A stretch of DNA of 64,000 nucleotides, taken from Chiloscyllium plagiosum. Lineage: Eukaryota. Under the pieces are notes generated by a model. That model did no database searches, was not told the DNA's origin, and was given only the letters and a program-made list of their open reading frames with translations. The translations under genes were made by a program, and so were the position numbers. Shown piece after piece: positions 25,141 to 35,311 of the stretch (position 1 is the stretch's first letter; each line of letters begins with the position of its first letter). The stretch lies in the NCBI RefSeq assembly GCF_004010195.1, contig NC_057758.1:6625082-6689081 (forward strand). Reading direction: 5' to 3'.

Positions 25141-26146
25141 CATCGTTTATAAAAAACACACTTTTCAAAAAGCCATACTCATCCAATTTGGGCTTCTCGC
25201 CCGTTTTGAGATTTATCCTAATTCACCATTGAGGTTGGTGCATTCATCTCTTTGGGCGATAAGCTGTAGACTTCCCTTTGGAGCCGGACCCCTCTCCTCT
25301 TTAAAACGGGTCCAAGATGCCTAGTTCTTTGAAAAAGCGTTTGGTCTCTTGCCACTCATGTCTGCTTTCGTGATTCATTATATTGCCATTCTCTTTCCCA
25401 CAAGGATTTTTTTTTGATATTGTAAGTTTCGAAAATAATGACTTGTTTTGTCTCAATCCACTTATATACACTCACAGCTCCATGTCACGTGGATCGAGCA
25501 CACTGAAAGCACTGTCCAATTCTCTTCGCTATCTATGTGTGCACTCTTCGAGTCCCGTTCCACCTTGGGATTTTACAATGGAAGCACTGTACACACCTCA
25601 CACCGCAAAATACTTTGGGATGACCGTCAAGGGAATATTAGTCACCCTTCGAATTCCAATTCACGGCGGGAAGAATTCACTTGCAGCAATATCCGATCTT
25701 CGACTATTATGAAAGCGATGAGAAAACGAGGGTAATGCAATGTTGGAATCGTGACCATTGCTGTACCAAGTAATGAGAAGTACAACGCACAGAATTTCGC
25801 CCTGTGTTGTGCCTCGGATCACCTGACCTACATTGGTCGCAATTGTTGTCATTTAGACATAATTAGTTGGTATGCATTCTCTTTCCTTGACCAGTTGCTT
25901 TAAGAATGCTGTGAATAAATCTTGCTGCATTGAAGAGCGCCACTTACGTGTTTCTCCTTTCTGATTGTGATTGGTGTGTCCCGTTTGCAGATTCAACTTG
26001 GAACCACGTGTGTGTGTGTGTATGTGTGCGTGTGTGTGTGTGTGTTTTAGTGGGAGTGAGAAAGAGAGAGACGGGGAGTATTAACGAATATAAGGGTCTT
26101 CTGTCCTCCCTTCAACGGGTAGTTATTGTGATGATCTTAGCAGACA

Positions 26147-27045
26147 GGTCACGCAGAGGACCATCTGCCTAACGAGAAGCCAGCCAACCGCATGGGTGGC
26201 TGGGTGGAGGTGGTACACTAACTCACTGCACTTGACACCTGCAGCATTCTGGTCTGTAGCAGTGTGTCGCATCCTAGATTTACTTGGCCACAACATGTCT
26301 GCCCACAGTTCCATTTTCAATAATATTTAGGCAGGAACCAAAATCCACCACCTAAGAATATACAATAATACCTATTTTGTCTGCGGCCACAAGGCATACC
26401 CTGGCTGGCGTTGTCATGAGCTGACACGTAGTATGTGGCACCACTCATTTACCACTCCCAGTCGTCTCCCTTCCAGAAGCTTATTCCCCACAGAAAATGC
26501 ATCCTCACTGTCCTAAACGATACACCCCCACCCCCGTTTTCGTATCCACTTACGAAAACCTGCACCTCGACATAGAGGCATATCGACTGTCCACCACGCT
26601 AGAGGAGATAACATGCCATGGCTGAAGTACTTACCCAGCTGTACGCAGAGGCTGTCGCCATTCGCACTGTGGCCCTACAAAACAGAATGGCCCTGGACAA
26701 CTGGCTGGCCAAAACTGGGGCACTTGCACCTTCATTGGCACAGACTGCTACATCCCTGACCCCAGCGAAAATATAATGGACCTGATACACCACTTTCCAC
26801 AGGGTGGTGCTGTCCCAAATTAACCGGAGTCCCATTGGGACCTGTGAACCTGGGCAACCTCCTGGCTTGGCTCACGGGACCTTGAACTGCTAGAGGAACC
26901 AATGTCCCATATTGCGGTTGTGGGTATCATTATCATGGTCATGGGCCTCCGTATGTGCTGCTGCCAGGTTTGTACAGCACATTTACCCCTGCTCTCCTCA
27001 CAAACCAGCTTGTACAATTTCGCTGGAGTGAGATCCCTACCCTGA
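26147..27045 (+). mobile_element. env: Endogenous retrovirus env remnant, gamma-type (SU C-terminus + TM), with stops and frameshifts
   Basis: YNNTYFVCGHKAYP (26361), decayed furin site CPKR (26509-26520), AIRTVALQNRMALDNWLAKTG/GTCTFIGTDCYIPD (ISD from 26675), W-rich WATSWLG, hydrophobic IAVVGIIIMVMGL, MCCC, stop at 27043-27045. Confidence 0.92.
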
Positions 27046-27154
27046 CACAAACAGATTCAGACACTGACTACTACCTGTCTGACACCAAAACCCCACAAGT
27101 GATAGCCTACCTGGTCCGGGGTGCATTTCACTTTCTCAACATGTCCTGAACAAA

Positions 27155-27654
27155 NNNNNNNNNNNNNNNNNNNNNNNNNNNNNNNNNNNNNNNNNNNNNN
27201 NNNNNNNNNNNNNNNNNNNNNNNNNNNNNNNNNNNNNNNNNNNNNNNNNNNNNNNNNNNNNNNNNNNNNNNNNNNNNNNNNNNNNNNNNNNNNNNNNNNN
27301 NNNNNNNNNNNNNNNNNNNNNNNNNNNNNNNNNNNNNNNNNNNNNNNNNNNNNNNNNNNNNNNNNNNNNNNNNNNNNNNNNNNNNNNNNNNNNNNNNNNN
27401 NNNNNNNNNNNNNNNNNNNNNNNNNNNNNNNNNNNNNNNNNNNNNNNNNNNNNNNNNNNNNNNNNNNNNNNNNNNNNNNNNNNNNNNNNNNNNNNNNNNN
27501 NNNNNNNNNNNNNNNNNNNNNNNNNNNNNNNNNNNNNNNNNNNNNNNNNNNNNNNNNNNNNNNNNNNNNNNNNNNNNNNNNNNNNNNNNNNNNNNNNNNN
27601 NNNNNNNNNNNNNNNNNNNNNNNNNNNNNNNNNNNNNNNNNNNNNNNNNNNNNN
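27155..27654. other. Assembly gap (500 N)
   Basis: N run. Confidence 1.
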
Positions 27655-30600
27655 AAAGAATGAACGAAAGAAACAAAGAAAGAAAGAAAGGAAGGAAGGA
27701 GGGCGGAAATTTCAGATGTGTATGCGAAAATGGCTAGGAGGCGGGAGAAGAACGAGTACATTGTCGGAAGTGAAAGAAAGGACAGGACTATTTAAAGCCA
27801 ACTGCTGAGCTTGACGTTGGTCCGCCCCCCCCCCCCTTCCCATAAGGCCAGGATTTCGGCCCGAATCTGTCCCGCTCCAGCTCAGCGTCTCAATCAAAAA
27901 TGATCAGTTAGCACTGCTGCATGGCACTTTTTAAAGAATATTTTTCTCATTTACAAACTGAATGTGTAGACAGCTTATGTGCAGTTGCGCCTGTTCGCTC
28001 TGGTCTTAAATTCCAGACAATCATTGAAACATTGTGTGACAAGTTTGAACAAGCCAGAACGGCTGTCAAGACAATGACAAAATAAAATAGCCGAGATCAA
28101 AAACGGTTAGATTGCTTTTGCTTGACTTTGCAATGCAGTATGTTTCTGACAATCCCTATACCTTTGATTCCGCAGTAGATTCCGACATTCTGGCCATTGA
28201 AATGTGTCAGACATTGTAAGTATCGAGGAGGGGAAATTTAGGACTGCAGATGCTGGCGATTTGACTCACGATTAGAGTGGCGCTGGAAATGCACAGGCAG
28301 CACCCGACAGCAGGAAAATCGATGTTCATCAGGATGGAGCTCCTGCCCAAAACGTCGATTTACCTGGTTTCTGAGAAGATAGGGATATCAAATCTATTCA
28401 GGAAAACACTGGGAACAGTGGGGGAATGTAATCCAGTGGGTGTAGATTACAAGCATACCAACGATAACCACAATGTGGAAGTAGAAGTACAAGAAATCAA
28501 TATTACGTCTGAGAGTTAATGGATAGTAATAATCATCGGTGACCATGTCCCACAGAATAGCACGAGACATATTTTGGTCTTTGGTTAATTTGCAGGTCAT
28601 TCAGGGTCAGTCCTTCCCTAACACTTCTTCCATTGTGAGCATCAAGAACGAAGGCAAGCCTGTTTGCCAAAAAAAAAATCTGTCACTAGACTCTGTTTGT
28701 TACGTACACAAGAGCATCCAGATTCCTCTCTATCGCACTTTTCTGGAGTTTCTCTCGATTTAAATAGTGGACTGCCTTTTGACTCTTCCAAACAAAGTGC
28801 ATTACGTCACACTCCCAACATGAAACTAAATATGCCTATTTTTGTCCGATTCAACCTAACTATGTCCCTTTGCTAATTCACCCGTCCACGTCACAACATG
28901 CCCTCCCACCTATTGTGCATCGTCAGCAAAACTGGACACATTTCGCTCTGCCACTTCCTCCAAGTCATTAATACAAAAATAAATCATTGAAGCCCGATGA
29001 CTGACCGTTCTGGATCCTCATTAATTACGCCATTCCAAATTGAAAAATATCCTATAATTCCAATTCTGTATCTTCTGTGAAATACATAACGGGCAGTCAA
29101 TGCTCATTTATTAACCAACACCGTGACCTCCTACCTTATCCATAGAGCTTTTATATGTATCCCTATTTAATGCCTGCCAAAAATTCAAATATGTATTATC
29201 GACTGGCTGCCTTGAACACCTCTGCTTGTAATATTAGCAAAGAAATCAGATACATTTCTCAAGTGTGATTTCTCTTTAAACAAACGATGTTTGCTCAGTT
29301 TGACTGCAATAATCTTTTCTAAATGTCGTGCTATTTCTTCCTTCATAATGGTCTCGAGCATTTTCTAATTGATAAATAAGGCCTTGGAGCAAATGTTGGT
29401 CATTTAGCCCACCAGGTTTTAGTGAGACCATGTCTGAATTGGCTAATCCTCGAATCCACTTCTCTGCCTCGTCCCGTGGCCCTTCTTTCCCCAAGTGAGT
29501 AAATGTCTGTCTATCTCAGTCTTGAATATACCCAGCCTCGACAGCTCTCTGTTCTGTAGAATTGCATACATGTGGTAACCTCTGATCTGCAGAGTATGCA
29601 CACAATCTGAGTATTAAATTAGTAACTATTTCCTCTGAGATTAGGCCATCTGGTTCTCCACTACCCTGGCTGGAAATAAGAGCAGAACAATGCCCTAAAA
29701 ATAGGTACGAACTCACTGGACTCTTCAGTTCCAGTTGTGAGTTTTTGAATCATCTTCTTTTTTGAACTCTTCTTAAACAATCTGCCCTGATTTTCACATT
29801 ACATTTGAAAGTGACAAAGCTGCTTTAACACTATTTCATGAGCTGTGATACCAGTCGAGGTGAAAGGCGCTTTATAAATGCAAGGACATTTTTCTTTCTC
29901 AAACCTTTGCCCTGATTATTAATCTCTAAGCTCTTGGAAATGTATCCTTCCCACCCAATCGATATCTTATGAATGCGTGCAGTGAAATTCAAACTTCCAT
30001 CAGCTTCTTCGGTTCTGATCAAATACAGGGGACAGAAATAGATTGGGGTCATGGTGCGGACAGGACAACCCAAAAACTCTCCTTTCCTGTTGGAGTCCCC
30101 AATTCACTGAGAAATATGCAACACTGCCCAGGGCCATGTAGTCATGACCACATAAGGCACAAGCTCGAATCATGCAACTTCGGTTTCCACAGGTGATCGA
30201 ATTCAATTGCCATAATCTGCCGAATCAGTTATCTCTCGAACTCGAGAAAACCCCACTTAGCAAAGCCCTTTTTTTTCCAGATTCGGCCATTTGTTGACAT
30301 TCAGGAAACTCGACTTCTAAACCAGAAACATACCAGGTTCACATCGTAGCTCTGATTTTCTATCCACAATTACTGCGAGACCGACTGAGTTACTGCATTA
30401 TGCTCTATTAATTCTGCACAAATGATATTTTTCATGAAATAGCTTCAATCCCAGTCCTCTGGTAGCTAACCCTGGTCGGTAGCAATGCTCCCTCCTGAAC
30501 ATTAAGGTGCCCAGCCTACCGTTCCCTCCCCCATCATTTTAAACAGCCTCAGGAAATCTCCAGTAAAACTCTTTTGCTCCAAAGAGAACATTCCCAGCCT

Positions 30601-31214
30601 CGGTAATCCCTCCACAAAAAGGATTTCTCATCCATGGACATGGTGCAAGGTGCAGGATTGTGAAGAGAGTTTGAGAAAATATTGTCATTTGGCAGGTAGT
30701 AAATGTCAAGGAATCAAAATTGAAAACCAGTCTCCACCTTGGGCATCTTCAGAAACTCTTTGGGAAGCGGAATCAGAGGAGAATGAAGGGTGAACTGACC
30801 GGCTGAGCAGAGGCAGTCAAGACAACTTCATCTTCTTTCAGAGGCCTGGACATTGAATTTGATGCTCTCGGGGCATGAACTGATCTGAGACGTTGAAAGG
30901 ATTCTCGTTACGACACTTCAGGAAATGAAACCTCATCCCAGTTCTGGGACAAATGAAAAAACTCGAGAACAGACAAGACACTGAAAGGCACGAAGGGAGA
31001 CGGTCCTGGTTGTCGGAGAGCTGGTCCCCGGTGACATGGATGTGTCTGCAGAGAGTGGAATAAGACTGTTCCCATGTCTCGACAGTGAATGTCCGAAGCT
31101 TTGTTTTGGACAAATAAAACGTATAGAGGGCAATTGTATTTTCGAGAGGGCCAGGCTGAAGTTTGAGTTCGCTAACAGCGTGCTATAATGGTCAACAAAA
31201 TTAAGGCTTCACCA

Positions 31215-31288
31215 GTTTCAGTGCCCTAATTGGTCAGCGCGTTCGGCTGCTCACTGCATGTTTAGTGTTTCGAGCCTACCGAGGGATG
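31215..31288 (+). pseudogene. tRNA-Asn-derived pseudogene (unit B copy)
   Basis: GTTTCAGTGCCCTAATTGGTCAGCGCGTTCGGCTGCTCAC...TTTCGAGCCTACCGAGGGATG. Confidence 0.85.
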
Positions 31289-31779
31289 GAGCGATCGCTA
31301 TTGACACTTTGTGCGTTTTCTTGCCTTGCAATTCCAGACTTTTAATACGATCAGGAATATGTTGCCCAAACAGAAATTTTATCCGGAACAGCAATAGGCG
31401 TTCTGCAAACTGTTTACGACTAACGTCAAGGGCTGTGGATATGTGTGATCAGAAACAAGAGCATAAACTGATGGGAGAACTGGGAGTTTTCGCAATACCT
31501 ATGGGGTAAAAGGAGTTCTGAAAAGTTCTGAAATATTGTCTCTGATTCTCTCTCTACAGATGGTGCCTGACATGCTGAGTTGTTCCTGCAATTTCTGCTT
31601 TTATTTTCAGCTGATTGTCCATTCCATATATTGGTATAATTAAATCGGACCCACCATGTACTGACATTTAACACTTGCTAACGCTGTCGGTATTGAATGA
31701 AAATAAACCCAACAATAATTGAATCTCCTTCAGCTTCATACGATAGAGACCTCTAAAGACTTTATGGGGCCGTCGTTCT

Positions 31780-31861
31780 GTAGTCATAGCTGAGTGTTTC
31801 AGATGATAGACTTGAAGTCTGTTGGAACTTCCACATGCGGGTTCGAGTTTAACTGACTACG
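31780..31861 (+). pseudogene. tRNA-Ser(TGA)-derived pseudogene (unit B copy)
   Basis: GTAGTCATAGCTGAGTG...GACTTGAAGTC...GGGTTCGAG...GACTACG. Confidence 0.87.
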
Positions 31862-33145
31862 GGTGAAGACGGAAAGAGCGCATTTGTTTCCCATCTTGTA
31901 GATTGTGATTCTAATCATGGCGGGGAGAAACACTTAATCTAGGTTAGGAATGGTACAAATCTCCAGCGCACTCACCGAACAGTTCAGATGCACACTTGAA
32001 AGGATCGCTTTGTTTGAATCTGGGAGACGAGAACAATGCACACTTAAAGGGCTGCAACCCATGTTTGTGCTGGAGGCCTCTGTGACCAGCTGCAGTGAGT
32101 TCGGTTTCTGGAGTGGCTGGGCAATATTTGCAAAATGTACCCCCGAACCAGGAAGGGGTGGAACCGACTCTTTCCTGATCTGTATGTCAGACAAGGTATC
32201 CACTGGGACATTGGGACTGTGGATAACTGGCAGTGTGCACAATCTTGGGATCAGTCTCTAGAAGAATCAGGAAGATGAGATCCTAATGTTCCCTAACACA
32301 GACGTGTACAAGGCCATCGTTTCCCAATACCTTGTGTGTGACATTCCCTGGCCCAGCATTCCAGGTAAAGACTGCATTCACGATCTGTCTATGTTGTGTC
32401 AAACAGCTCATTGACTTCAGGGCTGGACGGTCAGACCGATCTGGAAGTGACACCAGGACAGAAACTGAAAGAGATGCGACATCAAATTGTTTAGAGTTTG
32501 TTGTGTGTCAGTTGTTTTTTCGTTTGGAAAAGCTGCGGGCACTGTCTTGTCAGATTTGCAGGAGCTGGAGGGATTGCGTCAGTGGGTTTTGAGAAATTAA
32601 AAGTTACACACGAGCAGTGAGTGTGGCTATTTCAGCTCAGTATCCATTTCATATTCCAGCCCACTGCAACAGTTCTGATTGTCTGGAGAAGGGTTTGTGT
32701 TCCACCTAAAGCTGCCTTTTGTGGGAGAACCTTGCGCCCGTGAAGCAAATGGTGCTAGTATAATCCTGAAGCCGGTGTCCCTCTCGGGGATGTGTCTGCA
32801 TGTCTCCCTCTGTGACTGGAAATCAGGATGAGACCCTCAAGAGTTATCCAACGCAGTGTGAACGTGTCGAACGTCAGTCCCATTGTTGTATCATTTTGAA
32901 TCGCAGGGTGAATCCCATTGACATTTGTTCCGGAAATATCAGAACACACAAGGTTATGGGCCAAAACTAGAATCTGGGACTTGAACAGAAGCATGTTTAT
33001 GAGCCACAAAGCCGATTGGCCCAATGGTCTTTTTCCATGCTGTAAACACTGGAAGGCGGAGATAAATGATTTGCAGTGAAACTGATCAGAAATGAAAAGG
33101 TGAAAGCATTGTAATTGACAACTGACACGGCGATGTCTGTCGCCT

Positions 33146-33217
33146 TTTCTGGTGGTCCAGTGCTTAGGATTCGGTGTTCTTACCACCACGCCTCAGGTTC
33201 GATTCCAGGTGAAAGAA
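33146..33217 (+). pseudogene. tRNA-Glu-derived pseudogene (unit B copy)
   Basis: TTTCTGGTGGTCCAGTGCTTAGGATTCGGTGTTCTTACCACCACGCCTCAGGTTCGATTCCAGGTGAAAGAA. Confidence 0.88.
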
Positions 33218-34708
33218 TAGAAGTGTTCCTCTGCTCGTACATTGTGGTGACATAAACACCAGATTGGCTTCGCGAATGCAGGGAAATAAGAAGCTCAGGA
33301 GATCGGAGAAAGAACGGCCAACCAAGTGGAATATTCTCAGAAAGCAAGAAATGGAAGATCATAGACATCTTAGAGGGTTTTGTCCTGAAGGAGATTGTGA
33401 AGGTATAATAAGTTTTCAGATGATTTTGAGGCCCCAGAACTTAGCAACATATCCCATTGCACTTCAATCGGTATATGTTAGATTTAATTTCCTTTTGATA
33501 CTTAATTTCTATCTGCTGTTTCAAACAAATAAAAACCTACCTGATTATGTTTACGTTAAGGCAATTAGCGTTAGAAATGTAACCGTTCGTTCCTTTATGT
33601 TTGGGACTATGTGATTCTGGGTGTTTGTATATACGCCTTTAATTGATTATATGGGCTTTGTGAATGTGACCGTGAGTATGAATCTCTCTGGTTGTTTAAG
33701 TGGATGTTCAGTGCGAAGTGTCTGTGTGAGTACGTGTGTGTTACGGTGATTGAGTGAGTGTGTATGTCTGTGGGTTTGTGTGCATCAGTTTCCGTGACTG
33801 TATACTTCAGTACACGGGGCAACAAATCAATCAAAGCAAACTACATTATATATGAAACTCATTATTACGGACGAATGACTGAATAATGACAAAGGGAGAG
33901 GCATGATGGAGGAGCTGGGCAAAATTGCCTTGGAAAGAAGCTAAACAGGAATAACATTGGAACAGCGATGGCAGGAGGTTTTGGGAATAATTCAGGAGAC
34001 AAAGCAAACATTAATCCTGAGAGAAAAAGAAGCATGGAACAGTGAGGATGAGGCTACAATGACTGACTCGGCAAGTCAGAGATTGATTAAAAGTAAACGA
34101 GAAAGTATATAATGTGGCTAAGGGCTATGGGAAATCAGAGGATTGGGATGTTTACAAAGGTCAACGGAGGGCAACAAAATAGAAGTAATATAGCGGGGAA
34201 AACAAATATGAGTGGGTTAAGCTAGCTGGACTATTAAAGAAGACAATTGGAGTATCTTTAGATTTATAACAGGCAAAAGAGAAGGAAATATGGGCATTGG
34301 ACCACTGGAAAATGACGCTATTGATCAAGAGTTACTGACAGAAATCGGGAGAATGGGGTTAAGACATCTTTTATGATTGAATGACAGAGCAGACTCGATG
34401 GGCTGAATGACCTAATTTCTTCTCTTATGGCATATGTTCTACGGTCATCATTTATAAAATACAAACTTTTCAAACAGCCATACTCATCCAATTTGGGCTT
34501 TCGCCCGTTTTGAGATTTATCCTAATTCACCATTGAGGTTGGTGCCTTCATCTCTTTGGGCGATAAGCTGTAGACTTCCCTTTGGAGCCGGACCCCTCTC
34601 CTCTTTAAAACGGGTCCAAGATGCCTAGTTCTTTGAAAAAGCGTTTGGTCTCTTGCCACTCAGATCCTTGTCAGATCCATACCCCCCACCAACCCAACCT
34701 CCACTCCC

Positions 34709-35120
34709 NNNNNNNNNNNNNNNNNNNNNNNNNNNNNNNNNNNNNNNNNNNNNNNNNNNNNNNNNNNNNNNNNNNNNNNNNNNNNNNNNNNNNNNNNNNN
34801 NNNNNNNNNNNNNNNNNNNNNNNNNNNNNNNNNNNNNNNNNNNNNNNNNNNNNNNNNNNNNNNNNNNNNNNNNNNNNNNNNNNNNNNNNNNNNNNNNNNN
34901 NNNNNNNNNNNNNNNNNNNNNNNNNNNNNNNNNNNNNNNNNNNNNNNNNNNNNNNNNNNNNNNNNNNNNNNNNNNNNNNNNNNNNNNNNNNNNNNNNNNN
35001 NNNNNNNNNNNNNNNNNNNNNNNNNNNNNNNNNNNNNNNNNNNNNNNNNNNNNNNNNNNNNNNNNNNNNNNNNNNNNNNNNNNNNNNNNNNNNNNNNNNN
35101 NNNNNNNNNNNNNNNNNNNN
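34709..35120. other. Assembly gap (412 N)
   Basis: N run. Confidence 1.
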
Positions 35121-35275
35121 CTGACCTGCAGTCTTTTTCTTGACCTCTCCGCCTCCATCCTACTCCGACCTATCACCTTCACCTTGACCTCTTTCCACCT
35201 ATCACATTTCCAACGCCCCTCCTCCAAGTCCCTCCTCCCTACCTTTTATCTTCTCCTGCTGAACACTCTCTGCTC

Positions 35276-35311
35276 ATTCCTGAAGAAGGGCATGTGCCCG
35301 AAACGTCGAAT
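35276..35311 (+). ncRNA. Minimal type I hammerhead ribozyme motif in the PLE terminus
   Basis: ATTC-CTGAAGA-A-GGGC(ATGT)GCCC-GAAA-CGTC-GAAT: stem I ATTC/GAAT, CUGAnGA and GAAA cores, stem II hairpin, GUC cleavage triplet. Confidence 0.75.

Larger units (their letters stand above)
17190..26146 (+). repeat. Segmental duplication unit A
   Basis: Collinear with 27655-36364; about 20 differences in a 240-bp sample; homology ends at GATCTTAGCAGACA (26146) versus GATCTCAGCGGACA (36364). Confidence 0.97.

Noticed and set aside
27057..27761. Long ORFs containing X runs (also 34621..35336)
   Set aside because: They span assembly gaps
21961..33217. Functional tRNAs with switched anticodons (Glu CTC>CTT, Asn GTT>GCT)
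   Set aside because: Acceptor, D and anticodon stems carry multiple unpaired substitutions, consistent with neutral decay
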